The position numbers and the translations under genes are program-made. A stretch of 64,000 bases of DNA from a virus (taxonomy: Duplodnaviria > Heunggongvirae > Uroviricota > Caudoviricetes): the IMG/VR virus record IMGVR_UViG_3300021166_000052, positions 133,424-197,423 of that record; one strand, given 5' to 3'. Shown piece after piece: positions 53,629 to 61,967 of the stretch. The notes under the pieces were generated by a model that made no database searches, was not told the origin of the DNA, and saw only the letters and a program-made list of their open reading frames with translations. Within the stretch, counting starts at the first letter, position 1. Each line of letters starts with the position of its first letter.

Positions 53629-53680
53629 ATAAAAAATAGCCTAGTAATTGAAAAATCATTACTAGGCTATTTTTTATTTT
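53626..53680. terminator. Bidirectional intrinsic terminator
   Basis: AAAAAATAGCCTAGTAAT...ATTACTAGGCTATTTTTT between convergent genes. Confidence 0.8.
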
Positions 53681-53811
53681 ATTTTTTTCAATCTATGAAC
53701 TGGATATACTTTTTTGCATTTCTTACAGAAATACTGATTAGATTTACTTCACCCAATTTTTTTCATTTCAATCGTTTCATTACACGTCGGACATAAAAAT
53801 TTTTGGATCAT
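53674..53811 (-). CDS. Small Zn-ribbon protein with an in-frame TGA (45 aa if read through)
   Basis: AAGGA SD; MIQKFLCPTC...KIG(TGA)SKSNQYFCKKCKK; CxxC spacing is identical to the upstream neighbour. Confidence 0.5.
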
Positions 53812-53814
53812 ATA

Positions 53815-53949
53815 TTATTCCTTTTTTAAATCTTCGATGAGAAATTTCTTTTTACATTTCATACAATATAACCACTTCGGTGTTTTGCTGCAACAGGTGA
53901 CAGCCTTGAGTTTTTCACCACACACAGGGCACTTTTCTAAATTATCCAT
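53815..53949 (-). CDS. Small Zn-ribbon protein, 44 aa
   Basis: MDNLEKCPVC...TCCSK...YCMKCKK; AAGG SD. Confidence 0.65.
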   Translation of the reverse strand: MDNLEKCPVCGEKLKAVTCCSKTPKWLYCMKCKKKFLIEDLKKE

Positions 53950-53958
53950 ATAATAACC

Positions 53959-54987
53959 TTATATTTTGTTGTTAATTATTAATTGCTTGATTTCCCGTAA
54001 AACAATTTCATGTTTATTCAGGGTAGCAACACATTCTTCGAGTGACCCATAGTGCATTTCTAAACAATTTAGAAGCAAGTTTCGTACACCCTCAACATCT
54101 GGCTTATCACGAAGAGTACTTTCATCATACATCTTTTTAAGGCGTTTTTCATTAACATTGAAATGATCGACAACCTGTTCCTTTGTCCATTCACCGCGCC
54201 GAATAGCTTTATAAATTTCACGGTCACGGTTTAGGACCAATGTATGATCAGTTAAAATTTGAGCGCACTCGGCTTGTAATCTAACTAGGTGGTACGCAAA
54301 TTTTAGATCATATCCATATTTAGCGATTGAATGAACACGTTTTGTACGTTCACCATCTTTATCAATTTCTAAAATCAATTTTCTGAGTTTATCAATCTCA
54401 AACAAAGGGATATGACCCCCAATCGGGAGGTCGCACACTTTAGTATCATATGACAATTCATATTTTTTACACATTGCAATAAATTCATTTATTTTTTTAG
54501 ACTGCATCTTCCCTAATTGAGAATGAGCATATCCATTGAATTTATGAAAAGCGTGACGTGTAAGAAACATTTCTGCGTTTTCTCGTACATGCTCTCCTAC
54601 CCGAGTAGTAAATAATACACACTCTCTTGAAGGAAATAATGCATCGATCATATTCGGGTTATTTTCCATACATAGATGAAAAAACTGTACAATATTATAT
54701 ATTGTAATATCATACTCAATACCAGAACTATGATTGATATGATGTTGTTGAAATTGATTAAACACAGGAATCACATCAAATCCATGAACTAGTCCCTTTA
54801 AATGGGGAAAGATTACGTCCTTGGGAGGAATAGCGAACCCATATACATCGATATCAGATTTCCCCGGATTTTCGCACCCATATGCTTTCGATCCAGTAAT
54901 AACCTCATAATGAATGTTATTTTTTAAAAAATATGGCGGTGTATTAAGTAAATTTTCACTTAATAGTTTATCGAACGTAGAACCCAT
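53959..54987 (-). CDS. Pol-beta-superfamily nucleotidyltransferase (YcgL/RlaP-like)
   Basis: GSKAYG...SDIDVYG, NNPNMIDALF and YDLKFAYHLVRL motifs. Confidence 0.8.
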   Translation of the reverse strand: MGSTFDKLLSENLLNTPPYFLKNNIHYEVITGSKAYGCENPGKSDIDVYGFAIPPKDVIFPHLKGLVHGFDVIPVFNQFQQHHINHSSGIEYDITIYNIVQFFHLCMENNPNMIDALFPSRECVLFTTRVGEHVRENAEMFLTRHAFHKFNGYAHSQLGKMQSKKINEFIAMCKKYELSYDTKVCDLPIGGHIPLFEIDKLRKLILEIDKDGERTKRVHSIAKYGYDLKFAYHLVRLQAECAQILTDHTLVLNRDREIYKAIRRGEWTKEQVVDHFNVNEKRLKKMYDESTLRDKPDVEGVRNLLLNCLEMHYGSLEECVATLNKHEIVLREIKQLIINNKI

Positions 54988-55008
54988 TGTATCTCTCCAT
55001 CTATGATT

Positions 55009-55167
55009 TTAACCAGCAATTGTAGCGTCTTTCTATTTATTTTTATTTAATATTTCACGTTTTAGACATCGTTCACAAATACGATATCTTTCAGTGTTAA
55101 GATCATATTCCATCTATTTATGAAAACATAATACCATATCCAACTATACAAGTAAAGACTTTTTCAT
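55009..55167 (-). CDS. Small Cys/His protein, 52 aa (3 TAG), absent from the ORF track
   Basis: MKKSLLV*LDMVLCFHK*MEY...RICERCLKRE...K*KD; C-x-H-x-W plus CxxC small phage-protein pattern; AAGGG SD. Confidence 0.65.
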
Positions 55168-55275
55168 ATAAAATTACCCTTTTATATATATTAATAAAAA
55201 ACCTTGTGATATGTAATGATATGTATTATATTTTGTATAATCGACCCTATAAATAGTTTAAATAGAGATGAAAAT

Positions 55276-57432
55276 ATGAAAAATTATAAGTATTATCCAG
55301 TAGATGCATTTTATTCGTATAAAGATAAGAAGTTATTTTATATAGTTAAGCAAGTGGACGAAGCTGGTAAAGTTACTAAGATGGCCAATTTTAAATTGGA
55401 CCCAGAAATTGAGATTAAACTTGCACCTTTTACTAAAAAAATCAAGTATTTGGAGCATATACCACCGGATGTTAAAAAACTGAAAGTTAAGTATAGTCAA
55501 TATTCTAAAATGAAAAAGGCATTGATGGGGGTTTTTGAAGGTAAAAACGATGCCGCTAAGAATTTTATGAATAAATATCCTACTATCATGACTCTTAAAG
55601 AGGATATTTATGATGATTATAAAATGGAAACTCAGTTTTTACAACAGGATATTTTTTTATATGATGATGACTATATAAATAATATTGTGATAGGCATTTG
55701 GGATATTGAGGTTTATCACGATGATAAAGAATTCCCATCCCCCGAATATGCTAAATATCCAGTTAATGCAATATCATATTATAATTTAAGTGATGATAAA
55801 ATTAGTATTTTTGTTTTACGAAATAATAGTAATCATAAAGAACCAGATGCACTTAGACAAGATATTTTAACAAAACTTCATAAAGAATATGGCACACTAT
55901 ATCAATTCGAAATTTTTATATTTGAAACCGAGGTATCATTATTATCAGACTATTTAAAATTTATATCTAATGTAGATGTATTGGTAGGTTGGAATAGTAT
56001 TGATTTCGATACATTATATGTGTGTAATAGATGTAAAAAGCTAAACATATCAACTGCATTTGAAGAATCATTTGGTGAAATGTATGAAACTATGAATATT
56101 GTTGATAGTAAACAGGGCGTTGAATCATTCACACATTATACTACTAAAATCTTATCATTAGACTATGTACATTTAATTAAATTTTATAGTTTAACTAATT
56201 ATCCATCATATGCTTTAAATCGGATGGCGGCTAAATTATTATCATCTGATGATGTTATTTCCGCTAAAGTTGAGATTCCAAACTTAAATTTTGAATACCT
56301 TCAAGATCCAGCAAATTTTATAAATTATAATGTAGGTGATATTTTATTAAATAAATTTATTGATGATAAATTACTATTTATTAAATTATTATTTAAACAA
56401 AAAATGATGACACGTGGATTCGGTGCATCAACCTTATCAGTTAATAATATTCTTGATAGTTATATTGCATTAAAGTGTAAAGAAGAAAATTTAATGTGTA
56501 TTTCTGCGGCTAAAGTGACCACATATTATACTAAAAAAGTATGGGCAATTTATCGAAGAATAAATTTATTACATCAAGAACGGCTGGATTTAATTACTGC
56601 ATTACGGGAAAATAATAAAACATTTACATTATTTAGTAATGTTGAAGATTTAGATAATCATAGATATGATATAATTTCAGAATTTACTGAAGAGGATTTA
56701 GAAGATAAACAACATGTAAAATTAACAAAGGCCCAAATTCCTTTTATATGGGACGCTGCAAAATATCCGGGGGCATATGTAAAGATACCTCGTAAAGGTA
56801 TATATTTAAATGTAGTAGACTTGGACGCGACTGGGATGTATCCCACATCCATATACACAACAAATAATAGTGCTGATACATGGATATATCTAATTCCAGA
56901 AAATATTGCTCTTAAATATATTTATGAACGTGATGATTTAATACAATATATTAGTTCCAATGAAAATTTTTATATGGAAGTATATGATGTAGTTAATGAT
57001 GTGTTTAAAAAATTTATACATACAGATGCTATCACATTATTAGAAACAATATATAAAAAGGACTTGGTTTTGGTTGAAACGGGTGCTGTTTTTATCCCTG
57101 CTCACATTAAGGAAGGGTTTTTCAGAAAGCTAATTAAATATCCAATTTCAGAACGAAAGAAAGTTAAAAAGCAGATGAAGGTATTAGCGGAAACAAGAGG
57201 ATTAACGAAAGATCACCCTGATATAAAGAATTTAGATATTACACAAACAGTATTAAAAATTATCGCCAACTCAGTTTATGGTTATCTGGGATTCAGGAAA
57301 AGCCGATTATTTAATATTATTTTAGCTAGTTCGATCACCGTAAATTGCCAGTTTATGATTCGGTATGTCGCATATAATTGTGAAACTATTATGAAGAAAA
57401 ATGTTGACAAGCATAATGAAAGTATTGTATAA
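55276..57432 (+). CDS. Family B DNA polymerase, N-terminal part (exonuclease plus motifs A and B, no motif C)
   Basis: ExoI WDIE, ExoII GWNSIDFD, ExoIII YNVGD, motif A DLDATGMYPT, motif B KIIANSVYG; ends at TAA without YGDTDS. An alternative upstream ATG exists at 55216. Confidence 0.88.
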   Translation: MKNYKYYPVDAFYSYKDKKLFYIVKQVDEAGKVTKMANFKLDPEIEIKLAPFTKKIKYLEHIPPDVKKLKVKYSQYSKMKKALMGVFEGKNDAAKNFMNKYPTIMTLKEDIYDDYKMETQFLQQDIFLYDDDYINNIVIGIWDIEVYHDDKEFPSPEYAKYPVNAISYYNLSDDKISIFVLRNNSNHKEPDALRQDILTKLHKEYGTLYQFEIFIFETEVSLLSDYLKFISNVDVLVGWNSIDFDTLYVCNRCKKLNISTAFEESFGEMYETMNIVDSKQGVESFTHYTTKILSLDYVHLIKFYSLTNYPSYALNRMAAKLLSSDDVISAKVEIPNLNFEYLQDPANFINYNVGDILLNKFIDDKLLFIKLLFKQKMMTRGFGASTLSVNNILDSYIALKCKEENLMCISAAKVTTYYTKKVWAIYRRINLLHQERLDLITALRENNKTFTLFSNVEDLDNHRYDIISEFTEEDLEDKQHVKLTKAQIPFIWDAAKYPGAYVKIPRKGIYLNVVDLDATGMYPTSIYTTNNSADTWIYLIPENIALKYIYERDDLIQYISSNENFYMEVYDVVNDVFKKFIHTDAITLLETIYKKDLVLVETGAVFIPAHIKEGFFRKLIKYPISERKKVKKQMKVLAETRGLTKDHPDIKNLDITQTVLKIIANSVYGYLGFRKSRLFNIILASSITVNCQFMIRYVAYNCETIMKKNVDKHNESIV

Positions 57433-57433
57433 T
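57404..57433 (+). promoter_or_regulatory. Sigma70-like promoter embedded in the end of the polymerase gene
   Basis: TTGACA-18 nt-TATAAT, 24 nt upstream of a tRNA. Confidence 0.7.
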
Positions 57434-57457
57434 AAATATGATATATATAATACAACT

Positions 57458-57532
57458 GCCTAATTACTTCAGCGGTAGAAGGACCGGCTCATATCCGGTT
57501 AGTCAGTAGTTCGAATCTACTATTAGGCACCA
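57458..57532 (+). tRNA. tRNA with CAU anticodon (elongator Met or Ile2)
   Basis: GCCTAAT/ATTAGGC acceptor, ACCGG-CTCATAT-CCGGT, AGTAG-TTCGAAT-CTACT, ACCA end. Confidence 0.9.
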
Positions 57533-57550
57533 CTTTTAATTAGTAAGAGG

Positions 57551-58120
57551 TTGATAATGATTTTTTTCGTCGGGCTTGGAAGAGGTGATATTGAATTATA
57601 TGATAATCAAACAGTCTCTAATGGGTTGGAATATATAAGGCAGATTATTGAAGATTTTAATTTACCGAAAGATATAAATCTTCAAAAGATTGGGATTGAA
57701 ACTAGTTGTAGATATGAAAAACGGGTGGATATTAATTTATGTCAAGTTAGAACAATTATTGATAATCAAATTGTCCATCATGATATGACACATATATTAT
57801 CGGATGATAAATTAAATACTAAAGATTATTTTAAATTAAGTAATACAACTCAAGTAATGCTCCGCCCCGGTTTATTATCTAAATATATTAGACCGTTTGT
57901 GGTTATTCGTAAAGTTGATAGATTCAGTATATTTAATTATATATGGAAACGAAATAACAATTCAAAATCATTGTCAAATAAACAAATCGAGTCTGTAACG
58001 GTTTATTATGATACAGATTTTGTAGCATTTATTAATGATTGGAAAAATGCTGGATATCCTTTATATTTTGGAATTACTGAAGATGAATATAATCAGATTA
58101 AAAAAAAAGACCACGATTAA
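57551..58120 (+). CDS. Hypothetical protein
   Basis: GAGG SD; intact ORF. Confidence 0.7.
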   Translation: MIMIFFVGLGRGDIELYDNQTVSNGLEYIRQIIEDFNLPKDINLQKIGIETSCRYEKRVDINLCQVRTIIDNQIVHHDMTHILSDDKLNTKDYFKLSNTTQVMLRPGLLSKYIRPFVVIRKVDRFSIFNYIWKRNNNSKSLSNKQIESVTVYYDTDFVAFINDWKNAGYPLYFGITEDEYNQIKKKDHD

Positions 58121-58138
58121 ATAAATAAATTAATATAT

Positions 58139-58212
58139 TGCGGGATAGAGAAAATGGTATCTCACCACTCTCATAAGGTGGAATCTTGGCCGTTCGATCC
58201 GGCCTCCCGCTA
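58139..58212 (+). tRNA. tRNA-Met(CAU) with an initiator-like 1:72 mismatch and no encoded CCA
   Basis: TGCGGGA/TCCCGCT acceptor, GAGA/TCTC D stem, CCACT-CTCATAA-GGTGG, GGCCG-TTCGATC-CGGCC. Confidence 0.88.
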
Positions 58213-58213
58213 C

Positions 58214-58286
58214 GGTTTACATGTCAATTACTTCCACGTAGTGTAAACTGGTAACGGTTATTAAATAACCGGCTAAAAATTGACGT
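58214..58286 (+). ncRNA. HDV-like (theta-type) self-cleaving ribozyme at the tRNA 3' end
   Basis: P1 GGTTTAC/GTAAACT with a G1-U wobble; P2 GTCAATT/AATTGAC; P3 ACT/AGT; L3 TCCACGT; P1.1 CC/GG; P4 CGGTTAT/ATAACCG; J4/2 GCTAAA. Confidence 0.88.
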
Positions 58287-58301
58287 TGATAAGTATACAC
58301 C

Positions 58302-58550
58302 ATGGGTTATATTACATTGAATAATGGTAAAATGTTACGAAGTACAAAACGTTTTGGACGATGTGGATTGTGTCAAGGGAACCATGAAGGTCATGGTGAA
58401 TGTGAAGTAACACATGAAATTCAATCTGTTGCAATAACACGAACTGAAGATAAACGTAAAAGTAGAAAAGAAATTATCGATCAATTAAATGATCAAGTTG
58501 AAGAATATGAAGGAAATGGGTAGCTTTATGATCAAGATTATATTAAATAA
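58302..58550 (+). CDS. Small Cys/His protein, 82 aa if TAG 58521-58523 is read through
   Basis: CGLC..H..H..C motif; continues G*LYDQDYIK to TAA. Confidence 0.55.
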
Positions 58551-58593
58551 TGGCGGTGTCACTTTTTTGTAAATTATTAACAATTAACAATGG

Positions 58594-58923
58594 GTGATAC
58601 AAATGAGTAGAACAAAAAGAAGAAAACGTGGTAAAGTGAGATCGTGGTTATTTTACGAGTATGATTATGTTTGGTACGGGGAAGCATTGATTTATAAAAA
58701 AACCCCATTAACAGGCCAAGAACTCAAAGTACAATTAGCTAAATTTCATTCAGATAAAGGGGGTAGATGGTTATCAAATGCCCCGAAACATTTTAGACAA
58801 GCTATAGAAGCAGTAAAACGAGCGAAAGATAAACATGAAATTAATCGCATCAATAAACAGGGTGATTATGATAATTACAATTTTAATCCTCGACGTTCGG
58901 ATATAAACTGGTTATGGTGGTGA
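58594..58923 (+). CDS. Basic hypothetical phage protein (probable start ATG 58603, MSRTKRRK)
   Basis: Intact ORF with a GGGTG SD before 58603. Confidence 0.7.
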   Translation: MIQMSRTKRRKRGKVRSWLFYEYDYVWYGEALIYKKTPLTGQELKVQLAKFHSDKGGRWLSNAPKHFRQAIEAVKRAKDKHEINRINKQGDYDNYNFNPRRSDINWLWW

Positions 58924-59163
58924 TTACTCACCATATATAATAATGAAAATAGTAGTGTTCGCTAGATAGTGAGGGAACTGACCTTATATACCGTTGGGGA
59001 ACGGATACCCTATATGAGTAAGTTAGTAGAAGCTAAAAAATATGAGATAATATAGATGCCCTTTAAATAGGAGTCACGGCGCACATGCATGGTGTCCGTG
59101 ACCTCATATAATATGTAAATCATATCGCTGCTATTTTCATTAATTTATTTAAAATAAAATCAT

Positions 59164-59433
59164 ATGAGTTATTCAAAACGAGAGTGGTTAAATAAACCAG
59201 AGTCACGTTCAACTGGTTCTGTTGTTGCATTTGATGGATATGTTGATTATGGTGATGGTAATGGGTTGGAACGCACAATGTTTTTGGAGATAGCCGATTG
59301 CCATTGTAAGACCAAACTTCATAAAACAAATTATGATACTGTTGATGATTTCATTCAAAAAATTGAATTATTACAGGAAAATATAGAACAATTTATAAAT
59401 TATCTTAAATTAAATCGAGATTCAAAACCATGA
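59164..59433 (+). CDS. Hypothetical protein, 89 aa
   Basis: Intact ORF with an ATGA overlap with the next gene. Confidence 0.7.
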   Translation: MSYSKREWLNKPESRSTGSVVAFDGYVDYGDGNGLERTMFLEIADCHCKTKLHKTNYDTVDDFIQKIELLQENIEQFINYLKLNRDSKP

Positions 59434-59792
59434 TTTATATTTCATCACCATATACTCACAAAGATCAACATGTAATCGATCTAAGAATTCATCAAACTGA
59501 AAATTTTATTATATGGGTGATGGAAAAGGGATATTATCCTATTTCGATCCCAATTCAATTTCATAAATTGGTAAAAGAAAAGCGATTACCTATTGACAAT
59601 TTGTATTGGGAGAATTATTATAAGAATATTATTCCTAAAGCATCGGAAGTTTTTGTTTTGATGTTGGATGGATGGGATATATCGGTTGGTATCCAAAATG
59701 AAATTAAACAAGCGACCGATCTTGAAATACGAATATTATTTTTTAAACCTTACAATGGAGATTATATATGGTATCCGTCATTAAGTCTATAA
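59430..59792 (+). CDS. DUF1937/nucleoside-deoxyribosyltransferase-like fold protein
   Basis: IYISSPYTH and VLMLDGWDISVGIQNEI motifs. Confidence 0.7.
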   Translation: MIYISSPYTHKDQHVIDLRIHQTENFIIWVMEKGYYPISIPIQFHKLVKEKRLPIDNLYWENYYKNIIPKASEVFVLMLDGWDISVGIQNEIKQATDLEIRILFFKPYNGDYIWYPSLSL

Positions 59793-60100
59793 TAGTTGTA
59801 TTGTTTATTTCGTCAATTGCAATTGCCAATGATAATAAAAATATGACCCGATCAGTTGAAGATGATTATTCAACTGGAGTTTTACAATATCGAGCGGGTG
59901 ATGTAACATATGGTGTGACGGATTGCGGTCACTTATCAAAATATGTTTTACAGAATGTATTAGATGATGCGATTGCCGGTGAATTTGACTGGAATAATAT
60001 GAACCAGTCGCATTTTAAAAATAATAAATTATCAGATGAATGTACTCGTTTGAAAAATGAAATAATTTATAGACAAACTGGCATTGATAATAATAAATGA
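59768..60100 (+). CDS. Hypothetical exported protein
   Basis: N-terminal signal-peptide-like segment ending in AIA. Confidence 0.6.
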   Translation: MVSVIKSIIVVLFISSIAIANDNKNMTRSVEDDYSTGVLQYRAGDVTYGVTDCGHLSKYVLQNVLDDAIAGEFDWNNMNQSHFKNNKLSDECTRLKNEIIYRQTGIDNNK

Positions 60101-60107
60101 GATTTAA

Positions 60108-60290
60108 TTGATTATGTTTTTACCACAGTGGTTATTATGGCTTTTATTTGTTATTATTGTATTATATTTGGCTAATAAATATGGTACTCCCCGTGGACAA
60201 TATGATTGTGTTTCTCCCTTAATAGGGCTCAGTATTATCTTGATTGCAGTGGCTTTTGGGGCCGGATTTTTATTAGCACATTTATTATAA
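60108..60290 (+). CDS. Small two-TM membrane protein
   Basis: Two hydrophobic segments. Confidence 0.6.
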   Translation: MIMFLPQWLLWLLFVIIVLYLANKYGTPRGQYDCVSPLIGLSIILIAVAFGAGFLLAHLL

Positions 60291-60326
60291 ATAATATATA
60301 ATTAACAAATAAAAAAGGTAATAACT

Positions 60327-61079
60327 ATGGTTTGTGAAATATGTGGTGGACAATTGGTAATATGTCCTACAAATAATGATTATCATAAATGTGAAAATTG
60401 TAAAACACAGGTGCTCATTAATAGGGAGTCATTCGAAAGTGAGTTTTATGAAGGATTTTATTTAAAAGATGATGATCAAGGCGTGTTGACGTTTTTAAAA
60501 AATAATAAAAATCATTATACTGGTATGATTAATAATCAACTATCAAGAAATACTGAATTTAATGCATTTTTAAAGGAAATTATTGAGAATAAAGTAACTG
60601 ATTGTTATTGTTATGGGGGCGGGTTCCCCCATTTTGAAAATTTCTTACCTATTGACAATGTTCATATATATGACTTTATTGCAGATAAATATGAAGAGAA
60701 GATAGATTTATATTTTAGTGTATATGATAAAAAAAATATAATGTATATACCTTATGATATCAAAAAAGGTATTGAAAAAGTTGCAGGAAAAACAATCACT
60801 ACATTCATTCATATATTGGAACATTTTCCAGTTAAAGATATTAAAGATATTTTAAAAGATGCAGTTGACGTAATTGATGATGGTAGTTATATAATTATAT
60901 ATCAACCTAATGCAGATATGGCGAGAAATAGTAGTTGGTGTCATTATATTAATCAACATGTTACATTTTTAACACTGAGTACATTTATTAAACTAATTGA
61001 AGACAATCATCCAAATATGAAAGTTATGTATAAAAATACATATAGTGATGATTTAATGATTATTTTAAAAAAATGTTGA
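60327..61079 (+). CDS. Zn-finger plus class I SAM-methyltransferase-like protein
   Basis: CEIC...CENC, YCYGGG, HILEHF and IIIYQPN...H motifs. Confidence 0.6.
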   Translation: MVCEICGGQLVICPTNNDYHKCENCKTQVLINRESFESEFYEGFYLKDDDQGVLTFLKNNKNHYTGMINNQLSRNTEFNAFLKEIIENKVTDCYCYGGGFPHFENFLPIDNVHIYDFIADKYEEKIDLYFSVYDKKNIMYIPYDIKKGIEKVAGKTITTFIHILEHFPVKDIKDILKDAVDVIDDGSYIIIYQPNADMARNSSWCHYINQHVTFLTLSTFIKLIEDNHPNMKVMYKNTYSDDLMIILKKC

Positions 61080-61116
61080 TATAATATAATATTATCTAAA
61101 AAAATAAAAAAAGGAT

Positions 61117-61776
61117 GTGGGTATGAAAAAAGGTTATTGTGATATTACGTTACTTATTGACAGATCGGGTTCAATGTGTAGTGTACGAGAAGATGTTATT
61201 GGTGGAGTTAATACTTTTATTGAAGATCAAAAAAATTCACCCGGTGTAGCTACATTTTCATTGATTCAGTTTGATGATCAGTATGAAGTAAATTATATTG
61301 CCAAAAATATCAATGAAGTTGATCCACTTTGTCATTTGTCGTATCAACCACGTGGAATGACAGCGATGTATGATGCAATTGGTAAAACTATCACTGCAAT
61401 GGGCCAACGATTTAGTCAAATGCAGGAAGATGAACGGCCTGAAAAAATTATTTTTTTGATTCAAACCGATGGTTTTGAAAATGCATCAAAAGAATATAAA
61501 CATAACACTATACATGATATGATTGTTCATCAGACGGATGTATATTCATGGGATTTTGTATTTATGGGTGCTAATATTAATGCAAAACAGACAGCAGTTG
61601 ATATTGGTGTAAAAAGTGCTAATGCAATGACATATGCGGCATCAAGTGCAGGAACTACCAATGTTTTTTGTTCGGTATCGAGTAACTTACGCGATGTTCG
61701 CTGTGGTTCAAAACTGGATATGTCATATACTTTAAAAGACTATGCAGACCAATCAGATTTAGGTATTGATCAGTGA
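61117..61776 (+). CDS. von Willebrand factor A (MIDAS) domain protein
   Basis: LLIDRSGSM, PRGMTAMYDAIG, IQTDGFENAS and WDFVFMGAN. Confidence 0.88.
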   Translation: MGMKKGYCDITLLIDRSGSMCSVREDVIGGVNTFIEDQKNSPGVATFSLIQFDDQYEVNYIAKNINEVDPLCHLSYQPRGMTAMYDAIGKTITAMGQRFSQMQEDERPEKIIFLIQTDGFENASKEYKHNTIHDMIVHQTDVYSWDFVFMGANINAKQTAVDIGVKSANAMTYAASSAGTTNVFCSVSSNLRDVRCGSKLDMSYTLKDYADQSDLGIDQ

Positions 61777-61967
61777 TTAACGACATAAAATCAATGTATT
61801 TTAATGATTCCACGGATGGAATAGTTATGTACATTGATTTTATAGTCGTTGAAGATATTAAGTCAAAAAAAGAGAAAGAACTTTTTACCATTTACCGTAG
61901 CACTAAGCAAAAAGTACATACTACTGTAAATGGTAATGGTTTGATATCTCGTCTAAGAAATAAATAA
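61773..61967 (+). CDS. Hypothetical protein, 64 aa
   Basis: GTGA overlap with the upstream stop. Confidence 0.5.
   Translation: MINDIKSMYFNDSTDGIVMYIDFIVVEDIKSKKEKELFTIYRSTKQKVHTTVNGNGLISRLRNK

Noticed and set aside
217..55167. TAG = Gln (translation table 15)
   Set aside because: Most diagnostic sites need Trp or another aromatic (CGW, DRHxGNW, WYH, CxHxW, GW). One site, HNH C*HEY at 52435, would fit Gln, so this is disfavoured rather than formally excluded.
58231..58256. Degenerate tRNA 5' half (TTCCACGTAGTGTAAACTGGTAAC)
   Set aside because: Fully explained as P3, L3, P1 and P1.1 of the HDV-like ribozyme.
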